Shown: positions 1 through 7,566 of the stretch, piece by piece
Layout of the letters: every line of letters starts with the position of its first letter
How positions within the stretch are numbered: position 1 is the stretch's first letter
NCBI GenBank assembly: GCA_039588295.1
Contig: JBDHAB010000057.1
Span: 1 to 15,691 of the forward strand
Reading direction: 5' to 3'
Origin: Gemmatimonadota bacterium
GTDB taxonomy: Bacteria; Gemmatimonadota; Gemmatimonadetes; Gemmatimonadales; GWC2-71-9
DNA: 15,691 nucleotides
Program-made: the position numbers and the translations under genes
Notes under the pieces: generated by a model
What the model saw: the letters and a program-made list of their open reading frames with translations, nothing else
Database searches by the model: none
What the model was told of the DNA's origin: nothing

Positions 1-267
1 CTGATGTATGGCGGGGTGCTGGCAGTCGGTATCATCGGTGCCATCATCGCGCGCTTCCGACCCCGTGGAATGGCACGCGCGTTGTTCGCGGCGGCGTTCA
101 CCCAGGCGTTGATCACCGTGATCGCGCTCATCGCCGGGTTGGGTGCCCCAGTAAACGGGCCGCGAGAGATCGTGGGGGTGAACGCGTTCTTCGTTGTGCT
201 CTTCGTTGGATCGGCGTTGCTTTTTCAGAAGGCGGCGCGTGCGCCATTCGAACGGAGCGAGGTATAA
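1..267 (+). CDS. Hypothetical integral membrane protein, C-terminal part (probably starts left of the window)
   Basis: Frame is open from base 1 (ctg atg tat...). About three hydrophobic segments (GVLAVGIIGAIIA, ALFAAAFTQALITVIALIAG, IVGVNAFFVVLFVGSALLF). Stop TAA at 265-267. Confidence 0.75.
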   Translation: MMYGGVLAVGIIGAIIARFRPRGMARALFAAAFTQALITVIALIAGLGAPVNGPREIVGVNAFFVVLFVGSALLFQKAARAPFERSEV

Positions 268-350
268 GCCGTCCCTGAGGCCGACAGCAACTGGTCTGCG
301 GCACCGCTGTACGATATCCTTCAGTCCTCCTTTCCATTTCTGGCTCTGCA

Positions 351-477
351 GAGTCTCGCGGTGGTCTTGATCTCTTGCACGAACCGCTCGGTACTCAACA
401 CTGTCGGGAGTTCCGCCTTCAAGACTTTGAGCGCGACCTTGCGAATCGTGTTTGAGATCTTCGGCGAGATAGACGGT
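351..477 (-). pseudogene. Remnant of a Hanks-type Ser/Thr protein kinase N-lobe (subdomains I-III), frameshifted
   Basis: Minus strand reads TVYLAEDLKHD-(one extra base near 444-445)-RKVALKVLKAELPTVLSTERFVQEIKTTARL. This includes the VAxK lysine motif and the alphaC ERF..E motif. No start codon, Gly-rich loop or catalytic lobe is present. Not in the ORF track. Confidence 0.8.
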
Positions 478-574
478 GGGGGAGATCGGCTCCCCTCTTG
501 TACTTTGAAACGAACCCGAACGTGGCCTTGCCCCTCGCGCTCGGATCGGCTGTCAGCCCACCGTCCCGACCGGG

Positions 575-2281
575 CTACCCGTAGACGGCGCTGAAGCGCT
601 CCCGCTGTTCCGCACTGCCCAGGGCGACGAGCATCGAGCCCTTTGCGAGCCGCTGTTCGGGCGGCACATTTGTGACGACCTGTCCGTCCCGCTGGATGCC
701 GATCACGTTCAAACCGGTGCGCGCGCCGATTGCCGCCTCGGCAAGCGTTTTGCCGGAGAGCGATGGCGGTAACCCCAAGTAGAAGAGATCAACGCCCTCT
801 CCCAGCATGACGAACTCGCGTTCCAGCACGATGGAGATCACGGTCTGCACTCCGAAGGACGCGTAGCTCAAGACGAAGTCGGCGCCGGCGCGCTGGATTG
901 CCTCGACATTCCGCTCGTACGTGACCCGGGTGAGGATACGCGCAGCGGGATTGAGCCGCCGGCAGTACACCGTAAGGTACACGTTCATCGCATCGTCGTG
1001 GGTCGTGAGCAGGATGCACGGTGTCTCGGCAATCCCCGCCTCGTCGAGGATCCGTCGGTCGGCGGCATCGCCCAGGAACAGCCGGTCCGGAATGCCCCGG
1101 ATCTTGGGCTCGAGGGCCGGGTTCCGTTCCACCACGTGCACGGGGATCTCCCGCCGTTTGAGAGCGCGGCCGGCCGCCCGCCCCACCTTGCCGCCACCGA
1201 TGACGAGCACCGGATTTGGATTGGCATCGTAGATCACGAGCACCTCGTTCAGCTCCTCGATCTGCTCCGCGGTGCCGACCGCGACGGGTACGCTGAACGG
1301 TGACAGCGCGAGGTCTGGTCGGGCGGGTTGGAACCGTCCACGCTCCCACACCCCGATGATCGTGACGCCGGTGAACTCACGCAGCCGCGTCTCTCGGATG
1401 GTCCGACCCTGGAGCGGCGTGTTGTGAGCCGGGAACTCGACGAGCAGGAGATCGTAGAACTTCCCGATCACGTTCGCGTGTGCCGTTCCCGCGCTCACCC
1501 GGGTGGCGAGATGCTCGCCGAGGCGCTGCTTGAGAGGCAGCACGTGCGTGGCGCCGCTCAGCTCCAGAACGTCGATCGAGTCCTCCATCTCGACCAGCGC
1601 GACAACCGGCAGCGACGCGGACAGCTCGCGCACGGTGAGGACGATATTGGAGTTGACCGTGTCCGATGCGTTTGCCAGGACGAGGCGTGCCCGCGCGGCG
1701 CCGGCCGATCGGTAGGTGTCGACGGCGTCGATCTCGCCCGTGACGACTGGGAGCCCGACATTTCGCATGAGCATCGCGCGGTCCGCGTCGGGCTCGATCA
1801 CGTAGGCCGGCACGCTCGCCAGATCGAGCCGCCGGATGAGCCCTAGCGCGATGGGATCGTTAGCGCAGATCAGCACGTGACCCGCGGTCTCCGCCGGCAC
1901 CGACCGGAGCGCCCGGAGGCGACCGCGGCTCTGCTGCTCGAGCCATGGAGCGTACACGAACCGGATGAACAGAAACGGGAGGATGATGAGGAGAAGCACG
2001 ATCCCGCTGAGCAGCACGACGGTGCTGAAGGCGCGACCCAGATCGGTCTCAAACGTGATATCACCGAACCCGAGCGTGCTCATCACGGTGAGTGCCCAGT
2101 AGACTCCCGTGAACCACGAGTGCTCCTGGCCTTCCCACGCCATGATCACGTGGAACAACCAACCGTAGACCAGAACGACCGCGATGAGGAGGGCCACGTA
2201 TCTCGCAAACGGTGCGAGCTGCCGGCGCAGCTTGCTGCCCCCCGTCACCAGCGCGGCCAATTGGGACCCAATGGTCTTCAT
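575..2281 (-). CDS. Potassium channel protein: 2TM pore plus two tandem RCK (TrkA_N/TrkA_C) modules
   Basis: Pore helix and filter YWALTVMSTLGFGD between two TM helices. First Rossmann-like domain GHVLICAND, TrkA_C segment LQGRTIRETRLREFTGVTIIGV, second nucleotide-binding motif VLVIGGGKVG, second TrkA_C LSGKTLAEAAIGARTGLNVIGI. 568 aa. Confidence 0.93.
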   Translation of the reverse strand: MKTIGSQLAALVTGGSKLRRQLAPFARYVALLIAVVLVYGWLFHVIMAWEGQEHSWFTGVYWALTVMSTLGFGDITFETDLGRAFSTVVLLSGIVLLLIILPFLFIRFVYAPWLEQQSRGRLRALRSVPAETAGHVLICANDPIALGLIRRLDLASVPAYVIEPDADRAMLMRNVGLPVVTGEIDAVDTYRSAGAARARLVLANASDTVNSNIVLTVRELSASLPVVALVEMEDSIDVLELSGATHVLPLKQRLGEHLATRVSAGTAHANVIGKFYDLLLVEFPAHNTPLQGRTIRETRLREFTGVTIIGVWERGRFQPARPDLALSPFSVPVAVGTAEQIEELNEVLVIYDANPNPVLVIGGGKVGRAAGRALKRREIPVHVVERNPALEPKIRGIPDRLFLGDAADRRILDEAGIAETPCILLTTHDDAMNVYLTVYCRRLNPAARILTRVTYERNVEAIQRAGADFVLSYASFGVQTVISIVLEREFVMLGEGVDLFYLGLPPSLSGKTLAEAAIGARTGLNVIGIQRDGQVVTNVPPEQRLAKGSMLVALGSAEQRERFSAVYG

Positions 2282-2287
2282 GCAGAT

Positions 2288-2293
2288 ATCTTA
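2288..2293 (-). promoter_or_regulatory. Candidate -10 element (TAAGAT) 6 nt upstream of the K+ channel ATG, suggesting a leaderless transcript
   Basis: Minus strand reads ...ctatTAAGATatctgcATG with no Shine-Dalgarno. The hexamer overlaps the palindrome cttaa-N6-ttaag (2290-2305). Confidence 0.35.
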
Positions 2294-2479
2294 ATAGCCG
2301 TTAAGGCGACGCAGCGGCAGGATGCTGGGGTGTCGGCGCGCGGCTGTTGTGACGCTGACGTGCAAACTGCAAGGTAGTCGGGAAGCGTACTAAGGTTCGC
2401 GGCCGCATGTTGGCCTCTGGCCGCCCGCATCCGTTCTACCTACTGTAGGACGGCGCCAGCAACGGTCATTCCGACGTCA

Positions 2480-2839
2480 TCAGTAGACAGCCACAATGCG
2501 GTAGTTCCTGTCCGGGTAACCCGGAGGCTGGATGTCAACACCGGGAAGACCTACAAGAATGTGGGTTCCATCTTGAGCGTCTTTGAGGTCGCAGGGATAC
2601 TCGCGATACGCGTCGCTGTCGGGATACGGCCCCACGTAACAAGCGATCACTGGAGGGTCGTTCATCGTCCCGGCTTCGGGAGGCAGTTGCACTTCAATGC
2701 CTGGGCCGATCTCGAGCGCACCCGACAAGACGATACGAGTGCCAGGTCCGGCTGGGCCTTGTTCGCCTGGAAGGCCTTGGCACGTAGCGAGCAAGAGAGA
2801 GAGCGGCAAGAGGATCAGGATCTTCGCGTAGCGCGGCAT
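2480..2839 (-). CDS. Small lipoprotein with a short collagen-like Gly-X-Y stretch (119 aa)
   Basis: Likely start is ATG at 2839, preceded by aaaaggggtatct. Signal/lipobox MPRYAKILILLPLSLLLATC, then GLPGEQGPAGPG, two further Cys and C-terminal YRIVAVY. The longer 2480..3190 ORF call extends into the antisense of the integrase remnant. Confidence 0.75.
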   Translation of the reverse strand: MPRYAKILILLPLSLLLATCQGLPGEQGPAGPGTRIVLSGALEIGPGIEVQLPPEAGTMNDPPVIACYVGPYPDSDAYREYPCDLKDAQDGTHILVGLPGVDIQPPGYPDRNYRIVAVY

Positions 2840-2959
2840 AGATACCCCTTTTGACGCAGCCGCGCCGACGACGAAGGCCGACTGCGATCTTCGAATCGTG
2901 ACGGGGATTGGGCTCCTAGCATGCTCAACCTGCGGATGTAGCTCGGGATCGGCAACTCG

Positions 2960-3145
2960 GGCCTCGAACAAGCCGTCCGCCGCGGCGGCCTCGCCCGCAA
3001 CGTCGCGAAGCTCGTCGATCTCCCCCGCCAGACCCGGCGCGAGATGACGGTGCTCACGCCGGCGGAGGCGGCGCGATTCCTGGCCGCGGCGAAGGAAGAC
3101 CGCTGGCGCGCGCTCTGGGAGCTGCTCCTGGCCACCGGCTCTTAG
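2960..3145 (+). pseudogene. Fragment of a phage/ICE-type tyrosine recombinase (integrase)
   Basis: Translates as GLEQAVRRGGLARNVAKLVDLPRQTRREMTVLTPAEAARFLAAAKEDRWRALWELLLATGS*. This matches the core-binding to catalytic domain junction (AV..G...RNVA..V..P; VLT.EE...FL; L...TG.R). It ends exactly where the catalytic Arg of TGxR should be. Upstream in-frame stop at 2939-2941. Confidence 0.85.
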
Positions 3146-3164
3146 TCGGGACGGCGGGATTTGA
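3145..3164 (-). other. tRNA-Pro-like 3' end fragment (partial T-loop plus acceptor strand), possible att scar
   Basis: Reverse complement is TCAAATCCCGCCGTCCCGAC: T-loop end, T-stem strand, acceptor strand CGTCCCG and discriminator A, as in tRNA-Pro genes starting CGGGACG. It abuts the integrase remnant stop codon. Confidence 0.6.
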
Positions 3165-3244
3165 CGCGGTGCGACCCTGAGGCCGCGCAAGCGGCCGACA
3201 GGCAGAGCGCGGATCGAGCCGCTGCGTCAGCAGGTGCGCGGATC

Positions 3245-3276
3245 ACGCGGCGTGAGCGAGCGACACGGTCGCGACG
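3245..3276 (+). repeat. GC-rich motif, copy 1 (acgcggcgtgagcgagcgacacggtcgcgacg)
   Basis: Near-identical to 6454-6486 (tcgcggcgcgagcgagcgacacgagtcgcgacg). Contains the small hairpin gcgac-acg-gtcgc. Confidence 0.75.
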
Positions 3277-3872
3277 CGAACAGAGCGGAAGGGAGAAGTG
3301 GTCACGACCGCTGCTCCCTTCAACCCTCGACCCCCTGATTACCAAGCCGGAGCAAAGCGACGGCATGCACGAGTGCGAGCGTCGATGCAATGGCATCGGC
3401 GCTTGCGCTTCGACCCAAAGGCAGCTGTCGGGCCCATGCGAAGGTCCCGATTCCGGCACCGCTGCTGGAGGCTACCTCTCCGCCACTCTCTATGACTGGG
3501 CAAACGCTCGCTGCACAGCGCACGCTGCTCCAACGCCCTCAGCCTGACGCGCTACAACCGCGCCGCGGCCCACGAGCGTTCAACAAATCTGATAGCACTA
3601 CTCGTATTGTGGCGGTTCTGCGACTCTTGCGATCCCACTGCGTGGACCACACTGTGGTGCCGTTCAGTTAGCTAAAGTCCTGTCGGTGGCCCTCCACGGC
3701 CCTGCCGCCTGCCTGACGCCCTCCTCCCAGACGCCCGACGACGACGAGACCGCCGAGCCTCCGGCGGTGAGTCCCGTTTGGCAGTCGGTGATCGTGTTGC
3801 ACGACCGACGCGTCTGCTAGCATGACGCGAGTTGGTGGGCAGAGCGGTCACGGCTTGAACGAGAAGGCCACC

Positions 3873-4052
3873 ATGGACGGTACCACCGGACCCGCTCCCG
3901 GACCGAACTCTGATTCACTGCAGACTGAGAAGAAGAGCTGGACGAAGCCGCAGATCACCGATCTCCCCCGTTTGACTGACCTCACCCTCCAGACCGGGAG
4001 CCCGATTGGTGGGATAGGCGATAGGGGCGGTGGCGGAAGCAGCGTGTTCTAG
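3873..4052 (+). CDS. Small peptide resembling a lasso-RiPP precursor (59 aa)
   Basis: ATG at 3873 after gagaagg. KKSWTKPQITDLPRLTDLTLQT resembles the lasso leader (Y/W)xxPx(L/I)...T. It is followed by a Gly-rich core-like segment GSPIGGIGDRGGGGSSVF with an Asp at ring position 8 or 9. Confidence 0.6.
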   Translation: MDGTTGPAPGPNSDSLQTEKKSWTKPQITDLPRLTDLTLQTGSPIGGIGDRGGGGSSVF

Positions 4053-4115
4053 ATCACTGGCGGTTTCAACGCGCAACCGGTCGTCCCACCATCACGACCA
4101 GTCACCGAGGGTACG

Positions 4116-6422
4116 ATGCCACGGACACTCCAGTTCCCGACTCGCACGATCATCGCTTCGGTTGCCATCCTCCTGGTGACCGCCTGCGAGGACGCCTTCG
4201 TCCCCACGGCCCCGACCGAGGAGACCGCTCTGCTTCCACACGTCATCGGGTGTCGCGTTGATGTGGTAGCCGGCACCGTCTTGTGCCAGGGCCCTCAGAG
4301 CGACCCGGTGCCGGGTCTGTCGCTCGCGGTCATCGTGGGAGGTCAGGGCACCTATGTGGAGCTGGCCTCCGACAACGTGAGCTACGACGGCTCCGACGTG
4401 TTTCAAGCAGATGTCACCGTGGAGAACCTGCTTGCGCAACCGATGGGGACGCCGGACGGGTCCACGGTCACGGGGATCAAGGTGTTCTTCCACACGGGGC
4501 CGACGGTGACGAGCGGTACGGGCCAGGTGGATGTCTCGAATGCCGATGGAACCGGAACGTTCACGGGGGCAGTGCAGCCGTACTTCGAGTACAACGAGAT
4601 CCTGCAGACGAACGACATTTCGACGGCAAAGACGTGGCAATGGAGTGTGCCGGCGACGGTCGCGACGTTCGAGTTCTCCGTGTTGGTCAACGCTGAGATC
4701 CCACACGAGCAGGGTGTGTTGCTGTGGCGGAAAGAGCATGGGAGTCAGCTCTGGGACGTGTGGGGCAACTCCTCGACGGATGTCTTCGCCGTGAGTGATG
4801 ACGGCTGGATTCTGCACTACGACGGTTCGGGCTGGAGTTCGCAAGCCAGCGGAACGGCGTATCCGCTCTATGCTGTCTGGGGCAGTTCCGCGACGGATGT
4901 CTTCGCGGTGGGTAATGGGGGTAGGATCCTGCACTCCTCCGATGGCACGAGTTGGAGTTTGCAGGCCAGCGGGACGACGTCAACTCTCAGGGGCGTGTGG
5001 GGTAGCTCCTCCACAGACATCTTTGCCGTGGGTGCCGGCGGTAGGATCCTGCACAACGGTGGCTCGGGGTGGAGCGAGCAGACCAGCGGGACAGGGGAAT
5101 TCCTACGGGACGTCTGGGGTAGCTCCTCGACGGATGTCTTCGCGGTGGGTGGTGGTAGGATCCTGCACTACAATGGCACCTCGTGGAGCACGCAGGTGAG
5201 CGGGCCCGGGGAGTTCTACGCCGTTTGGGGCAGCTCCTCGACCGACGTGTTCGTGGTCGGGGCCGCGTTCGGCGTCGGGGGCGTGATCGCGCACTACGAC
5301 GGCACGGGGTGGGCGTGGCAGATCTACGACGCTGGGGCGCCGACCTTCTACGCCGTCTGGGGCAGCTCCTCGACCGACGTCTTCGCCATGGGGATCGGTG
5401 GTCGCATCTTCCACTACAATGGCACGACCTGGAGCGAGCAGACCAGCGTGGGGATGACGCTGTACGGTGTCTGGGGCAGTTCCTCGACGGACGTCTTCGC
5501 GGTCAGTGATGGCAACACGGTCCTGCACTACAACGGCACGAGCTGGAGCCAGCAGATAGGTGGGGCGGGACCCCTCGAAGGGGTCTGGGGGAGTTCCGCG
5601 ACGGACGTCTTTGTGGTGGGCGCTGCTGGCCGGGTCCTCCACTTCAACGGCTCGGGCTGGACCGAGCAAGCCAGCGGGACGACGGAGGTCCTCGAGGGTG
5701 TCTGGGGCAGCTCCCCAACGGATGTTTTCGCTGTGGGCGGCGGTGGCACGATCCTGCACTACGATGGCTCGGGCTGGACCGAGCTAGCCACCGGGACGAC
5801 GGAGGTCCTCGAGGGCGTCTGGGGCAGCTCCCCGACGGATGTCTTCGCAGTGGGTGGTGGTGGAACGATCCTGCACTACAACGGCACGGCGTGGAGCACG
5901 CAGACGAGCGGGGGCGGGACGCTGTACGGTGTCTGGGGCAGCTCCGCGACGGACGTCTTCGCGGTAGGTGATAGCGCCAGGATCCTGCACTACGACGGCA
6001 CCAGCTGGAGTGAGCAGCAGCCCGGCACCCCAGGAGCCCTCCGCCTCAACGGTATCTGGGGTAGCTCCTCCACGGACGTACTTGCCGTGGGTCTTGGCAA
6101 TAAGATCCTGCACTACGATGGCACGAGCTGGAGCCCGCAACAAAGCGGATCGGTCGAGGATCTGCACCTCGAAGGTGTCTGGGGCAACTCTCCGACGGAC
6201 GCGTTCGCGGTGGGCGTTACGATACGGTACCCCGGTCCGATCCCGCAGTACGATGCCACGGTCCTGCACTACGACGGCACGAGCTGGACTGAGCAGACCG
6301 CCGGGGCCAGTCGCGATCCTTGGCTACGAACGACCGGTTGGCTCGTGGGTGTTTGGGGCAGTTCCTCCACGGATGTTCGTGCGGTTGGCCAATACGGGAT
6401 GGTACTCCACGGAACGCGATGA
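4116..6422 (+). CDS. Secreted lipoprotein with an N-terminal beta-rich domain and 14 VWGSSxTDVFAVG repeats (predicted double beta-propeller)
   Basis: RBS gaggg before the ATG. Lipobox ILLVTAC. 14 counted repeats, mostly about 38-44 aa, of consensus L.GVWGSS.TDVFAVG.GG.ILHY(D/N)G..W. The last repeat is truncated (VLHGTR). Confidence 0.88.
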   Translation: MPRTLQFPTRTIIASVAILLVTACEDAFVPTAPTEETALLPHVIGCRVDVVAGTVLCQGPQSDPVPGLSLAVIVGGQGTYVELASDNVSYDGSDVFQADVTVENLLAQPMGTPDGSTVTGIKVFFHTGPTVTSGTGQVDVSNADGTGTFTGAVQPYFEYNEILQTNDISTAKTWQWSVPATVATFEFSVLVNAEIPHEQGVLLWRKEHGSQLWDVWGNSSTDVFAVSDDGWILHYDGSGWSSQASGTAYPLYAVWGSSATDVFAVGNGGRILHSSDGTSWSLQASGTTSTLRGVWGSSSTDIFAVGAGGRILHNGGSGWSEQTSGTGEFLRDVWGSSSTDVFAVGGGRILHYNGTSWSTQVSGPGEFYAVWGSSSTDVFVVGAAFGVGGVIAHYDGTGWAWQIYDAGAPTFYAVWGSSSTDVFAMGIGGRIFHYNGTTWSEQTSVGMTLYGVWGSSSTDVFAVSDGNTVLHYNGTSWSQQIGGAGPLEGVWGSSATDVFVVGAAGRVLHFNGSGWTEQASGTTEVLEGVWGSSPTDVFAVGGGGTILHYDGSGWTELATGTTEVLEGVWGSSPTDVFAVGGGGTILHYNGTAWSTQTSGGGTLYGVWGSSATDVFAVGDSARILHYDGTSWSEQQPGTPGALRLNGIWGSSSTDVLAVGLGNKILHYDGTSWSPQQSGSVEDLHLEGVWGNSPTDAFAVGVTIRYPGPIPQYDATVLHYDGTSWTEQTAGASRDPWLRTTGWLVGVWGSSSTDVRAVGQYGMVLHGTR

Positions 6423-6435
6423 GGATGGCTCCTTA

Positions 6436-6485
6436 TGCCCGGGGCGGGATTTGTCGCGGCGCGAGCGAGCGACACGAGTCGCGAC
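6436..6485. repeat. Second tRNA-3'-end-like fragment (tRNA-Leu-like, minus strand) joined to copy 2 of the GC-rich motif and cut by the IS
   Basis: Reverse complement of 6436-6453 is CAAATCCCGCCCCGGGCA, like the 3' end of a tRNA-Leu beginning GCCCGGG. On the plus strand it is immediately followed by tcgcggcgcgagcgagcgacacgagtcgcgac and then the IS left end at 6486. Confidence 0.6.
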
Positions 6486-7566
6486 GGCGTTGGTGCATGA
6501 CTCCGGATTTCGACGCATCATGGGTGGTGAAGCCCCGATCCGGAGTCGCCACCGATGAAGTATCCGAACCGGAGCCAGTACCAGTACGCGAGAACTCCCT
6601 ACCGGATTCGCAATTGGCCTGCGTACGAGGCGGGCTTACGCAGACGAGGCGACCTCACCGTCTGGCTTTCCGACGACGCCATCAACTCCTGGCGGGCCCG
6701 ACCCAGCGGCAAGCCCGGTGGTCAACGCATCTACGCGAACATCGCGATTCAGGCGGCGCTGACGATCCGCATGGTCCTGCACCTTCCGCTCCGACAGACC
6801 GAAGGCTTTCCTGCGTTCGCTGGCAGCCAGGCTTGAGGTGGAGCTCCCCGTTCCCGACCACACGACGCTGTCCCGGCGGATGAAGATGCTCGGTGAGCTC
6901 TCGTTTCACGCGGGCGCGAGCCATCAGCCCATCCACCTGTTCATCGACAGCACCGGCCTCAGGATTCACGTTGGCAATCAGCGGAAGCCACCGAGGAACA
7001 GAGCCTGGCGGAAGCTGCACCTTGCGGTCGACGCGGCCACTGGCGAGATCGTCGCCTCAGATCTGACCGGTCGTCGAACGCATGATTGCACTCGGGTGCC
7101 TGCCTTGCTCGAGCAGATCGGCCGTCCAGTGGCCTCCGTCTTTGCAGATGGTGCCTACGATACCGAGGGAGTTTACGAAGCCGCTCGTGCAAAAGGCCAA
7201 GGACGACACGTGAGAGTCGTCATATCACCTCGACGCGACGCCCAGCTGCGTCCAAGGCCGGCAGCCGCATTGCAGGAGCGGAATCGGAACATCCGTTCCA
7301 TCCGCAGACTCGGTCGACGCGAGTGGCACAAGCGGTCGGGCTACAGTCAGCGCAGCATGATCGAGAACGTGATCTATCGATACAAGACGATCATCGGCCG
7401 AGGTATGAGGAGTCGCACCCTGGCGGGCCAACGGGCGGAGGTGCAACTCGCGCGCGGGGTTCTCAACACCATGACCCATCTCGGGATGCCCGACAGCTAC
7501 CGTGCGGGGTGATTCTCGCTCCGGAAACGGGGGACTGCGCTCAGTTCCGAGCCATGCAACAAAGCC
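6486..7566 (+). mobile_element. IS5-family insertion sequence, IS903 group (1081 bp)
   Basis: Imperfect terminal inverted repeats: left GGCGTTGGTGCATGACTCCGGA, right (reverse complement) GGCTTTGTTGCATGGCTCGGA. Both resemble the GGCTTTGTTG ends of IS903. Encloses a single DDE transposase. No flanking direct repeat seen. Confidence 0.9.
6555..7512 (+). pseudogene. IS5/IS903-group DDE transposase with a +1 frameshift
   Basis: N-terminal part: RNWPAYEAGLRRRGDLTVW...LPLRQTEGF. C-terminal part: PVPDHTTLSRR, IDSTG, WRKLHLAVD, ADGAYD, YSQRSMIENVIYRYK (YREK motif). Removing one base from ggctttcctg (6804-6813) restores QTEGFLRSLAARLEVELPVPDH. Confidence 0.88.

Noticed and set aside
2306..2479. Riboswitch (e.g. 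c-di-AMP) upstream of the K+ channel
   Set aside because: No conserved aptamer motifs recognised; only a weak hairpin near 2432-2452.
2840..3190. N-terminal extension of the 236-aa ORF 2480..3190
   Set aside because: Antisense to the integrase remnant. The RBS and lipoprotein signal point to the ATG at 2839.
3145..3350. Intact functional tRNA gene
   Set aside because: No recognisable D-arm or 5' acceptor strand, mismatched anticodon stem, and the T-loop is interrupted. Reported only as a fragment.
3161..3671. Several short overlapping ORFs (3161..3547, 3298..3495, 3390..3671, 3142..3459)
   Set aside because: No recognisable motifs or RBS, and they overlap the structured repeat element. Likely spurious in GC-rich DNA.
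4750..6400. Regularly spaced DNA repeats (gtctggggcagctcc..., ctgcactac...) as a CRISPR array
   Set aside because: They are degenerate, in-frame coding repeats of the propeller protein with about 115-130 bp period. No cas genes and no constant repeat/unique spacer structure.
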